DNA from: a virus | DNA: 64,000 nucleotides | Strand: one strand, 5' to 3' | IMG/VR virus record: IMGVR_UViG_3300021478_000794 | Span: 25,391-89,390 of that record | In this document: positions 27,175 through 36,071 of the stretch, piece by piece | How positions within the stretch are numbered: position 1 is the stretch's first letter | Layout of the letters: each line of letters starts with the position of its first letter | The notes under the pieces: model-generated | The model's input: the letters and a program-made list of their open reading frames with translations, nothing else | Database searches by the model: none | Told to the model about the DNA's origin: nothing | Program-made: the position numbers and the translations under genes

Positions 27175-30100
27175 CTATATAGACCGGAGATAGAACCGAG
27201 GAGAGGACGAACTCGCGTTCGGCGTCTTCGCCGCGTTAAGTACGTCCGAAGGGGAGAGGAGCTTCGAGAGACATCCCAACTTCGGGTCGAGATGGAACGG
27301 GTTCTTTAAACCGGCGAACGGGTTTTTAATCGCCAGGCTCGCCCCGAAATTCGTCAGCCAGGAGTTAATCGGCGCGAGAAGCTTATTGAGGTTGATCGAG
27401 AAATCGAAGCTCATGCAGGTACAGTTTACGCCGAGGTTTATCGACCCCATATTACCGAGCCCCGAAATAAGGGTCGTTAGTTTCCCAACGAGGCCGTAAA
27501 TCTGACTATTGATCGCGCCGATCGCGTTATTAATCCCGCCGATAACCGCTCCAGTCGCGACGTCGGTTACCCCGTTTAACTGAGTAATGAGGTTGAAGAG
27601 GGTATCCATCTTACAAATCGCATTCTGTAGCGCGTCGGTATTAAACCCGCCGCCGCTCGAATTAAAGTCGGAAGCGAAATCCGCTTGCGTCGAGGGAGAG
27701 CTAACGTCGGGATAATAGCCGAGAACCCCGTCGGAAGAGGATAAGCGGGCGGTCGAAAACCCGTTAAGCGGCTGTTCCCCGCTATAGGTATAATCGGCGG
27801 GATCGTAGATCGCTTGACTGACGACGTCGCAATGTCCCGTCGGGTAGTACGATTTAAAATAGGGGTTCGGGGAGGAACCCTTCTGATATATGATCGTATT
27901 CCCGATATTACTTAGGACCCGGCCCCCTTGGACCGAGAGGTTCGAGGCGGAGGTAACGAGCCCGGCCTGATACTCGTTTATCTTCGAGAAGAGGATTAGC
28001 GGATAGAAGCCGACTTCCGCCGCCGTCGGCGCGGCGGCGGCGACCGCCGAAAGGACCGCTTCGTAAGCGGAGGTTAAATCGGGGTTACCCGAAATAATAC
28101 TGGTTACGAAGGCCGTCTCTTCCGCGACCGTCTTCGGGGTCTTCGCGTAAGCGGTTAAAGCGCGGTAGATCGCGAGGACGTTCGCGACGTCCGCGAGATC
28201 GGTTAACGCCCCGAGCGCGGCGGTATCGGTCGCGATTATCGACGCCCGGGCCGCCGGATCGGTAACCGTATTAAGGGTCCGGGAAAGAACGATCGCGTTC
28301 GCGAGGGCGGTCGCGGCGACCGGGTCGACGACCGAGGTCCAGTAGGCGTCGAGCGCTTTCCCGCCGGTCCCGATCGGGGACGGGCCGGAAGTAATCGCTT
28401 CGAGATCCATTTCCGAAAAGAAATCGCCGGTAACCCTCTGAAGCTCCGTAAGGATTTCGTTAAGGAAAAAAGGATTAAAAGCCGCGTTCCCGAAGGCCGA
28501 TAACTCGGCGGAAACCGACTCCGGGGTCCCGAGCCCGAGCCGGACCGCTTCGTCGTAGAGGACTTGGTAGTTAGCGACGTATTCCGCGTCCGCGAGGTAT
28601 CCTCCTCCGACGAGGAGATCGACGTAAATCCGGAAATCGGGTAACGGGGAGGTATTACTGAGACGCTGCCCTAAGTCGCGGATCCGCTCGAATTGGGTAA
28701 AACGGTCTTCCGGGGTTACCGCGACCGTCGCGATCCGATTAAGGGCGTCGGTAAAGGTCGCCGGATCGTCCGCCGTTAAGCTCGTCCCGGGGTTATCGAG
28801 ATCGTTCGTTAGGATCGCTAAAGCCGCCGTTTCCGCCTCGGCTAGATCGGACGCGGTCGTAAAGGCCTCGTCGACGTACGATTTTAGGATCCAGTAGGTA
28901 TCCGGCATATTCACGGCATACTTATCTAAAACGGTCCATGTATAGGCGTTCGCGTCGATTAACCGGTTCGCCGCAATCCAGAGTAAATTCTCGACCTCCG
29001 CGTAGAGCGTTCCCGCCGCGACCGGGACGAGTCCTTCCCGTAAAGCAACGAGCCCTTCCCGCCGCCGGACCCCGGTTAACCGGGGATCCGCCGTAACGAC
29101 GACGGCGGTCCGGAAGTTCGGCGAAGCTTTCGGCCCGAAATTCGCTTCGCTCATCTCCAAGAAATCGTTCGCCGCCGATTCGACCGCTAAAAGGAGCGCC
29201 GTCGGGTCCGGTCCCCCGTAAACGTCCATTACGTACTGCGCGGCCTCTTTAATCGCGAGTAAGACCGGGTCGTCCGGGGTCCCTTTCGGGGTTAGTTCCG
29301 CCGCGACCTCGGCGAGAATATCGGGATCGGTCGCGTTCGCCGCGACTTCGGCCTCCGCCTCGGAGATCCCTTCCGGGGAATGTAAGGAAGGGAGGAACCG
29401 GACGGCGGTATCGAGCGCCGCCTTATTCCCGTCGATCTCTTCCGGAGTAAGCGGGACGAAGCAGTTCGTTAACCCGGTCGTATCGGTATTCCCGTTTATC
29501 TCGTCGAGGAGCGAGTTCGCAGCGTCGGTATCGAGGCTCGACGGCGGGGTCCGGAGAAGGATCCGCTGCCCCGTGAGGGTCTGGCCCGGCGGGGAATAAT
29601 CGTCGATCTCGACCGACATTAAGAAGGAGGTTAAAACGTAGCCGAGAAGTTGCCGGGCCCGGTCGTCGCCGTCTCCCGCCTCCCAGGCCAGCTGCAGGAT
29701 CCATTCCCGGACCGGAGGAGCGAGGATCCGGAGGGCGTCGAGGAGGGCCGGAACCTGCTTCTCAACCTCTTCGGCGAGCGCCTCGATAACGGAAAAATTT
29801 AAGGTTTCGTTCGTCTGGGTCGGGAGAATCGACTGAATCGTCGAGAGGTAGGCGTTCGCCTCGACCGCCGAAGACGGGTTATAACCGGACCCGGAGAGAT
29901 AGGTATAGTAATCGTTCCGGAGCGCGGTCCGGGACGGGAGAAAGATCCGGTACTCCTCTAAGCCCGCCGTGTCCATGACCTGGAGGACGGGAGTCGCGCT
30001 TCCGGTAATCTTCTTATCGGCGAGCGTCGGCTCCCCGGCGAGGAGCGAGTCGATCTCCGAGAAGACGTTCGCGAGCGCGACCCGTTCTAAGGCGACGGCG

Positions 30101-30198
30101 GTCGTCGTTAGCGTCGCGACGCCCGTCTGGGCGGAATTAAGCTGATTTAAGGCGGAATTCGCCTCGGTTAGGTAGTAATTGTAAGCCGCCGTACTCAC
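27175..30198 (-). CDS. large helical hypothetical virion protein (1007 aa)
   Basis: Long A/T/L-rich ORF downstream of spike genes. Confidence 0.65.
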   Translation of the reverse strand: MSTAAYNYYLTEANSALNQLNSAQTGVATLTTTAVALERVALANVFSEIDSLLAGEPTLADKKITGSATPVLQVMDTAGLEEYRIFLPSRTALRNDYYTYLSGSGYNPSSAVEANAYLSTIQSILPTQTNETLNFSVIEALAEEVEKQVPALLDALRILAPPVREWILQLAWEAGDGDDRARQLLGYVLTSFLMSVEIDDYSPPGQTLTGQRILLRTPPSSLDTDAANSLLDEINGNTDTTGLTNCFVPLTPEEIDGNKAALDTAVRFLPSLHSPEGISEAEAEVAANATDPDILAEVAAELTPKGTPDDPVLLAIKEAAQYVMDVYGGPDPTALLLAVESAANDFLEMSEANFGPKASPNFRTAVVVTADPRLTGVRRREGLVALREGLVPVAAGTLYAEVENLLWIAANRLIDANAYTWTVLDKYAVNMPDTYWILKSYVDEAFTTASDLAEAETAALAILTNDLDNPGTSLTADDPATFTDALNRIATVAVTPEDRFTQFERIRDLGQRLSNTSPLPDFRIYVDLLVGGGYLADAEYVANYQVLYDEAVRLGLGTPESVSAELSAFGNAAFNPFFLNEILTELQRVTGDFFSEMDLEAITSGPSPIGTGGKALDAYWTSVVDPVAATALANAIVLSRTLNTVTDPAARASIIATDTAALGALTDLADVANVLAIYRALTAYAKTPKTVAEETAFVTSIISGNPDLTSAYEAVLSAVAAAAPTAAEVGFYPLILFSKINEYQAGLVTSASNLSVQGGRVLSNIGNTIIYQKGSSPNPYFKSYYPTGHCDVVSQAIYDPADYTYSGEQPLNGFSTARLSSSDGVLGYYPDVSSPSTQADFASDFNSSGGGFNTDALQNAICKMDTLFNLITQLNGVTDVATGAVIGGINNAIGAINSQIYGLVGKLTTLISGLGNMGSINLGVNCTCMSFDFSINLNKLLAPINSWLTNFGASLAIKNPFAGLKNPFHLDPKLGCLSKLLSPSDVLNAAKTPNASSSSPRFYLRSI

Positions 30199-30515
30199 CT
30201 TAGATTCTCGTTAAAATTCGCCGGTTTCCATTGCGCGTCCCCCGGCCATTTATACCAAGGGCAGACGGCGTGTAGCGTCCCGGCTTTAAGATGGAGGAGA
30301 CAGTTACATACCCCGCACTTCCAGATCGGCCCGACCGCGACCCGTTTCGGGCAGGTCTCGCAGACCCTTAGCCGCGACTCGTAAAGCTCCGGCGGCGAGA
30401 AAGCGGGATCGCCCCGAACCTGGGCCGCGAGGGTCTCTTTCGCGGTATTAAAGAGCGACCGCATCGACTCGATAAAAGTGTACCGCTGAGGGGCGTTAAA
30501 TCGATGGTCTATCAT
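30195..30515 (-). CDS. Cys-rich protein (DUF6171-like)
   Basis: R...C..CP...C..C.C....KA......CP..KW. Confidence 0.7.
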   Translation of the reverse strand: MIDHRFNAPQRYTFIESMRSLFNTAKETLAAQVRGDPAFSPPELYESRLRVCETCPKRVAVGPIWKCGVCNCLLHLKAGTLHAVCPWYKWPGDAQWKPANFNENLR

Positions 30516-30802
30516 GGATTACAGAAAGTATCCGGCGACCCGTTACAAGACCGGTCGCCGCAAGTTAGCGAATTCGTCTGAACCTGAATCGCCTTATTAT
30601 TCGCGAAGACGTTCGACCCGTTCCCGATCGCCGCCCCGGTATGACAGGTGTTCCCGCAACAATGGGGCGGGATATGGTCGCCCTGCCGGACGATGCTCTG
30701 ATTATTGACGATAACGTCCGGACTCCCTTGGATAAAAGGGATCGGCGAATAGCAATGTCCGCAAGTCTTATCGACGTGCCACCGAATTACTGGGAGGCCA
30801 AT
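30512..30802 (-). CDS. PAAR spike-tip protein (T4 gp5.4-like), apparent ATT start
   Basis: My translation: IGLPVIRWHVDKTCGHCYSPIPFIQGSPDVIVNNQSIVRQGDHIPPHCCGNTCHTGAAIGNGSNVFANNKAIQVQTNSLTCGDRSCNGSPDTFCNP; AAGGAG 6 nt before ATT; absent from ORF track. Confidence 0.85.
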   Translation of the reverse strand: MGLPVIRWHVDKTCGHCYSPIPFIQGSPDVIVNNQSIVRQGDHIPPHCCGNTCHTGAAIGNGSNVFANNKAIQVQTNSLTCGDRSCNGSPDTFCNP

Positions 30803-30816
30803 ATAACGCTCCTTTC

Positions 30817-31224
30817 TTAGTACTCTTTTAGTTCTTCCGGGATCGCGAGCGGTAAAGGGCCCCGAAGCTCCTCGGGATTAAAATGAATCTTCGGCCCGGT
30901 AACGGCGACGTACCCGCTATCGCTCCGGATAATATTCGGGCCGGAGGCGTCCGAGATCGCGTTCCGCATCGTTATCTCCGTCGCCGAACCCATGACGATC
31001 CGGACGTAGTTCCCTTGGATAAGCTCGGTAACGTTCCCTTCGTCGTCGACCGTAAGGGAGTAGCCGTTCTTTCCGGCGGTCTGAACCTCTAGGGAAACTT
31101 CCCCGTCGGTTTTCCGGAGGTTAACGATCCAGCCCCACTCTTCAAGCCGGAGGGCGTGCGTTTCCTTTACTGGCGTAGGCGGGGTCGTCGACGTAGAGGA
31201 TGGCGTTGTAGAAGTTCCAGACAT
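30817..31224 (-). CDS. gp5/VgrG C-terminal-like spike beta-helix protein
   Basis: GNVTELIQGNYVRIVMGSATEI repeats and a GPKIHFN end; directly upstream of PAAR; start uncertain. Confidence 0.55.
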   Translation of the reverse strand: MSGTSTTPSSTSTTPPTPVKETHALRLEEWGWIVNLRKTDGEVSLEVQTAGKNGYSLTVDDEGNVTELIQGNYVRIVMGSATEITMRNAISDASGPNIIRSDSGYVAVTGPKIHFNPEELRGPLPLAIPEELKEY

Positions 31225-31429
31225 GGGTAATGATACGTTCGGGGTCTTTAACTCCGTGCATCCGGAGAAGCCGTTCCGCCCGGTCCGACGGGACATACTC
31301 CTCCGAACCATTCGGAAGAATAAGCGTAATCGAGTCATCATACGGAACCCGGCTAACCCGGAGAATAAGCTTACCCGGAATTTTTTCCGGCTCCGAATTT
31401 TCGTCGTCTTTAGGAAGGTCAATTAGCAT
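31142..31429 (-). CDS. hypothetical protein
   Basis: ORF in same-strand run. Confidence 0.55.
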   Translation of the reverse strand: MLIDLPKDDENSEPEKIPGKLILRVSRVPYDDSITLILPNGSEEYVPSDRAERLLRMHGVKDPERIITHVWNFYNAILYVDDPAYASKGNARPPA

Positions 31430-31667
31430 TTTTTCGAGTAACCCGGAAATGACCGGGTTCTTCGAAAAATACGCCCCAGACTACATCGAAGCAATTCGGG
31501 TCGACGAGGCCGTGGGTACGGAGGCTCTCCCGGAGGACGGTTTTTAGGGCGTCGAGCGGATCCTTCGCGCTTATCGCGACCGCCGCCGGACAGATCGGAT
31601 AGAAGATCTCGACGGTCCAGACCGGCTCTTCTTTTAGGCGGCGTCGGAAAGGGCGGAATAGGTTCAT
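31419..31667 (-). CDS. hypothetical protein
   Basis: CGAAATGTA motif 6 nt upstream. Confidence 0.6.
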   Translation of the reverse strand: MNLFRPFRRRLKEEPVWTVEIFYPICPAAVAISAKDPLDALKTVLRESLRTHGLVDPNCFDVVWGVFFEEPGHFRVTRKNAN

Positions 31668-31840
31668 ACCCTATACATTTCGCCCTAGTAGAGATTAAAT
31701 TCCGAGTGGACGAGCGGCGGCGGTCCCGAATAATAAGCCGGAGCCGGAGCGATTAGGCTCCCGTCCGAATCGTAATAGCCGCGACTCCGGTCGTTGTAGT
31801 TTCCCGAAGGATAACGGTAGGTCGAAGGGGGCGGGAAGGA

Positions 31841-32068
31841 TTAATAACGGCGACCGCTTCCGGGATAGCCGTTATACTCGGGATAGGTCGAGGTAGGGTA
31901 AGGAAGGATCGCGCCGGTACTCTGGACGGCGGTTACCCCGTGCCCTTCCCCGCCGCCGACGACGGCGAGCTGGCTTCCCGCTTTACCGTTTTGTTGCTGG
32001 GTTACGTTATAGGTGCATCCGGTCACCCAAAAAAGGGCTCCGGCGAGAACGAAAGAGAGAGGTTTCAT
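31841..32068 (-). CDS. small lipoprotein
   Basis: Signal peptide with lipobox VTGC. Confidence 0.6.
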   Translation of the reverse strand: MKPLSFVLAGALFWVTGCTYNVTQQQNGKAGSQLAVVGGGEGHGVTAVQSTGAILPYPTSTYPEYNGYPGSGRRY

Positions 32069-32200
32069 TTTCCCCTCTCCATTTCGCGGTACTTTATAGT
32101 CTTATGCCCTCCTCCGAAGAGGTCGACCCCAAGGAAATGAGCCGCGAAGAGCTAATGCGGGAGCTAGATAAAGCGGGCGAAGATACGGCGGCCCTCGAAC

Positions 32201-32527
32201 TTAACGGTTTAATCGCTCAGTCTCAGATCCGGTACGCGACGTTTTCGGATCTCCGTAAAAGCTTATCCCTTCCTCCCAAAGCCGCTCCTTAAAGAGGGAG
32301 GTTTTTCCCCACGGTATCATAACCGTAAAGTACCACTCCTCCCCTTCCGGGAGCGAGCGGGGCTGAACGGTCGTACGTCCGCCGACTTCCCCGACGATCG
32401 CCGCCGACTCCCAGAGTCGCCCCCGGACGGTATAAACGACGAACTCGACCCCCGGATTCGGGTCGTTAGCCGGAGCCTCCGGCGGAGGATCGGGAATCGG
32501 GCGTAACCGGTCGAAGGCGCTTCTCAT
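32201..32527 (-). CDS. hypothetical protein
   Basis: GTACTTA motif 6 nt upstream. Confidence 0.55.
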   Translation of the reverse strand: MRSAFDRLRPIPDPPPEAPANDPNPGVEFVVYTVRGRLWESAAIVGEVGGRTTVQPRSLPEGEEWYFTVMIPWGKTSLFKERLWEEGISFYGDPKTSRTGSETERLNR

Positions 32528-32543
32528 TTTAGATAAGTACGTT

Positions 32544-32584
32544 AAAAAGCCGTTCCCCCAGTTTTACTAGGGAAACGGCTTCTC
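32544..32584 (-). terminator. intrinsic terminator after the major capsid gene
   Basis: aagccgtt...aacggctt stem with A-tract on the plus strand. Confidence 0.75.
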
Positions 32585-32606
32585 TTAAAAGATCCTAACT
32601 TCGTTT

Positions 32607-34034
32607 CTACGGACCGAAACTGAAGTTGGTAGGATAGTTCTGGATGTTGCCCTTCGCGTAGTAGCGCGAGTTAACCGGCTTCTTCCCGAACTGGCTCGCC
32701 CACGCGGCCCGGTTCGTAAAATCGTCCAGCATTATCGTCGGAGTACGGTAGAGTAGAAGCCAGGGGGCAAAAATATAACCGGTTCTCATCCAGTTATCCC
32801 CTTTATACCCGAGGAGGTATTCGGTCGGGTCGGCGTGCGGGTCGGCGTAGACCTTGTATTTCCCGAGGAGGGTCCCGATAAAGGTAATACCGTCGACCTC
32901 ATTTTTATGAGGAGCCGGATCGAACTGCGGATGGGTCGCGAGGAGGGCCATTCCCTGCACCCCGACTACCAACCAGTTCGCCATGACCCGGTCGGTCGCC
33001 CGGAAGATAAAGGCATCGAGTTCGATAATCGCGTCGACGAAGGAGAGCTTATGCTCGGTCCAGGAGACCCCGCTCGGTAGCGTCGAATCCCAGGAGTTAA
33101 CCCCGGCCCCGGCCATATTATGGAGCTGGGTGAGGATATGTCGATCGATCTCAAACTGAATCTCAGAAGCGACCGCCGCCGACATCTGGGCCTCGACCTT
33201 CAGGCCGTGAAGGGACTTGAGGACCTGTTCGGCTTCTTGCGACCAGCGGGCGCGTAACGCGTACCGTTGGGCGGTAATAACCGAGGAACTGAGGGTAAAG
33301 TTGACCTGCGGGAGGTTGGTCGAACCTTCCGAATTCCAGGAGTAGGAGACCGTAACGACGTTCCCGGTATTCCCGGTAAGGGTTAGGCTAATCGCCCCGG
33401 TAACGTAATTAATCGTCCCGGCGGAAAGACCTCCGACGGCGGGGAAATTTCCGTTCGAATCGTCGACGTAGGTATCGCTCCCGTTCGTTAGAATAACGGT
33501 ACCGGGACGGATCGGGGTAAAGGCGATCGTCGCGTTGGTCGTACCGGTTCCGGCGGCGGTAAGCTGCTCGGAAGTAATCTGCTCCGAAGCGAAATCGCGG
33601 TTTGGGCCGTGACCTCCTCGGGAATCCCAGAGTTTATCCCCCTTCGTTACGTCGCCCTTAGTCGTTCCGGCGATGTAGTCGAGGAAAAAGACGTTGCCGC
33701 TGGGGCCTTCGAGGGGCTGTACGGTTACGAGTTCCGGCGTAATAAGATTCTCCGCCACCATCGAGATAACCGGGAAACCGAACTTTTCCCAAGCGCCGAC
33801 GTTGATCGTCTGGGAATCTTCGTTAATCGCGTCCTTCGCGAAAACGCGGGCATTTTCGAGCATTGCGGCGACGAAGATCTTTTTCTCGTCGCCCGGGATC
33901 GCGGCGACGATCTCCTTCCAGCCTCTAGCTTCGAGGATCGATTGGCCCTTCTTGAGGCCCCACGGGGTCTCAATCAGCTTTTCGAGCCTCTCCTGTTTCT
34001 CGCGGATAGCGCGAGATGAGATGTAATTTTGCAT
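32607..34034 (-). CDS. gp23: major capsid protein, T4 gp23-like
   Basis: LEN, VQPL.GP.G.VF, R.L.A.WS.E..Q.L...HG, EI..EIDR, LLGYKG...GY.FAP; Ig-like insertion. Confidence 0.92.
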   Translation of the reverse strand: MQNYISSRAIREKQERLEKLIETPWGLKKGQSILEARGWKEIVAAIPGDEKKIFVAAMLENARVFAKDAINEDSQTINVGAWEKFGFPVISMVAENLITPELVTVQPLEGPSGNVFFLDYIAGTTKGDVTKGDKLWDSRGGHGPNRDFASEQITSEQLTAAGTGTTNATIAFTPIRPGTVILTNGSDTYVDDSNGNFPAVGGLSAGTINYVTGAISLTLTGNTGNVVTVSYSWNSEGSTNLPQVNFTLSSSVITAQRYALRARWSQEAEQVLKSLHGLKVEAQMSAAVASEIQFEIDRHILTQLHNMAGAGVNSWDSTLPSGVSWTEHKLSFVDAIIELDAFIFRATDRVMANWLVVGVQGMALLATHPQFDPAPHKNEVDGITFIGTLLGKYKVYADPHADPTEYLLGYKGDNWMRTGYIFAPWLLLYRTPTIMLDDFTNRAAWASQFGKKPVNSRYYAKGNIQNYPTNFSFGP

Positions 34035-34245
34035 TTAGAAAACGAGGTTGTTCTTTTTAAGTTTTTCCGCAACAACCACCGTCCATTCTTCGGCTGAGAC
34101 GTCCCTCGTAAAAGGAGTCGCTTACTAGCCGGGGCTGATAAATGAAAGGGGGATCTCTCCTCCTTCACTTACAAGTACAGATATACTTCGATGGGCGAGA
34201 AAATGAAGGAGGGTGGGAAAAAGGGGGGCGGTATTTCTCCCCCGT

Positions 34246-35595
34246 ATGGAAGAAGATTTCTTTCGATCCCTAGAGGCGGAGGACCTTCGTCTCCTAAACG
34301 GTTACGACGAAGCCCGGCGGGGTACGCCCCGGGCGACCCTTTCCGACGACATAAACGAACTCGTTAAAGATTACGACTCCGCTAAGGCGATTAAGGGCCA
34401 GCTAGACGCCTTAAATTATTTCGGCTCGGTTATCGCCCGGTACGGTTCGATCGAAGCTTGGAAGAATTTCGATTTCGAAAAACGCGATAAAAGCGTCTTC
34501 GGACAGGATTGGTTCGAACAGGGGTTTAAGGAGATCAGCCTCTATTTCGTTATCGAATCGTCCCGGGGGAAGATTAAAAGCTTAGAGTTTTCGGATAAAA
34601 TTCTCCGGATCCGTATCATGGTTTACGGGAAATCGGGCGTAAGTAAGGCGGAAAATCTTCCCTCCTATTATTGGCACGAGAAGAAGAGCTATTTTCCCGC
34701 GAAAGCGATCCCGGTAAGTTGGCCGGGGCCGAGCTTACTCGCCGCTTCGCTCGACCCCGAAGTCCGGAAGCGAGCCTCGGAACTCGTCGGCGAAGCGTAC
34801 GGGAAATTTTTAAGCGGCCTCCTTCCGCCCGCTCCGGATATCGAAACGATGCATACGATAAGCGGCTGGGACGAGGCGAGGACCGCGCTCCCCCGGACGA
34901 CCGTCGATACGACCCCGATCCTTAAAGACCCGGAAGAAACGAAAAAAGTTGAAGACCGGTTAAAGGCCGCGAATTACTTCGATAGCGCTTTTACCCGTTC
35001 CTCCGAAATCACCGTTCAGAAATATTTTAAGCCCGGCGCGACGGAAAAAGATTTCCGGTCCGCTCGCCTTTATATGCGGATCGGACTCCGGCGCGGACGT
35101 TCCGGTTATCGTCCGGCTCTCCATATCGAAACCGACATTAGCGGAACCTACGCTCCCGGAGAGGATGTAACCTATCGACCGGTCCTTAAAAAGGATTACC
35201 CGGCGTCGGAAATCCCGGCGGTTTGGCCGGGGTACGCCTTAACTAGCCCTTCTCTCGTTCCCGAAGTTAGGAAGAAGGTTAGCGTTCTCTTCGCCGAGGC
35301 TTATAAGGTTTTCCTAAAAGCGCTCTCTCCGCCGCCTCCGGATATCGAAACTATGCATACTATTAGTAACTGGGACGAAGCTATAATCGGGAAATTCGAA
35401 GCGCCGGACGCCGATTCGAAGCCGTTTTCGATGTGGTCGAATACCGATAAATATGTCCCGGTCGGGAGCGAGGAAGACCGGGAGCTTCTTTACGGGATCG
35501 AAGAATCGGAAGAATCGGAAGCGACGGTCGGAGCTTTTCTCGCGGTCGGGAAGTTAATGGAAAGTATAAAAAGTAAAACCCCGCCCGAAATGTAG
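34246..35595 (+). CDS. tandem two-domain polyprotein, each domain ending in the tag; putative internal head protein
   Basis: Two homologous domains ending PDIETMHTISGWDE-A and PDIETMHTISNWDE-A; leader ends LLNGYDE-A; GTATTT motif upstream of MEEDFF. Confidence 0.8.
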   Translation: MEEDFFRSLEAEDLRLLNGYDEARRGTPRATLSDDINELVKDYDSAKAIKGQLDALNYFGSVIARYGSIEAWKNFDFEKRDKSVFGQDWFEQGFKEISLYFVIESSRGKIKSLEFSDKILRIRIMVYGKSGVSKAENLPSYYWHEKKSYFPAKAIPVSWPGPSLLAASLDPEVRKRASELVGEAYGKFLSGLLPPAPDIETMHTISGWDEARTALPRTTVDTTPILKDPEETKKVEDRLKAANYFDSAFTRSSEITVQKYFKPGATEKDFRSARLYMRIGLRRGRSGYRPALHIETDISGTYAPGEDVTYRPVLKKDYPASEIPAVWPGYALTSPSLVPEVRKKVSVLFAEAYKVFLKALSPPPPDIETMHTISNWDEAIIGKFEAPDADSKPFSMWSNTDKYVPVGSEEDRELLYGIEESEESEATVGAFLAVGKLMESIKSKTPPEM

Positions 35596-35601
35596 GAGGT
35601 A

Positions 35602-36015
35602 ATGAATAATATTACCGACTCGGAAATTTCTACCTTAACCCAATTCGTCGAAACGGTCCGTACTTTCGCGGGAGATCTTTCCGCTTACTTTACTAACCTT
35701 CGCGAAAAATTCTTACCCTTAACCGAACATAAGTTTGAGATTTGGGAGGACGATCTAAAGGCGAATACCTTTCTTTACCGCCTTCTCGACTCCGCTTCGA
35801 CGGGCCGTTCCCGAATCGATCCCGCGCTCTTAGAAGAAATCCGGGGCTTTATTGGCCCTTGGACCCCGAAAAAGGGCGAAGAAGAACTCGCGGCGGGCCG
35901 GGCTTCTTGGAAAGAGGTTCTCGCCTCGGTCCGAAAAAATCTAACGACGGGCGGCGATACTCTAAAGATCGCGATCGAGACTTCGGAAGAACTACTAACG
36001 GTTTTAGAGTACTAG
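35602..36015 (+). CDS. hypothetical protein
   Basis: CGAAATGTA and GGAGG upstream. Confidence 0.65.
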   Translation: MNNITDSEISTLTQFVETVRTFAGDLSAYFTNLREKFLPLTEHKFEIWEDDLKANTFLYRLLDSASTGRSRIDPALLEEIRGFIGPWTPKKGEEELAAGRASWKEVLASVRKNLTTGGDTLKIAIETSEELLTVLEY

Positions 36016-36018
36016 AAC

Positions 36019-36057
36019 GAAAAAAGAGGAGTCCGGTTACCCGGGCTCCTCTTTCTC
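36019..36057. terminator. bidirectional intrinsic terminator
   Basis: aaagaggag...ctcctcttt stem between convergent genes. Confidence 0.75.
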
Positions 36058-36071
36058 GATGCAAATATTAT

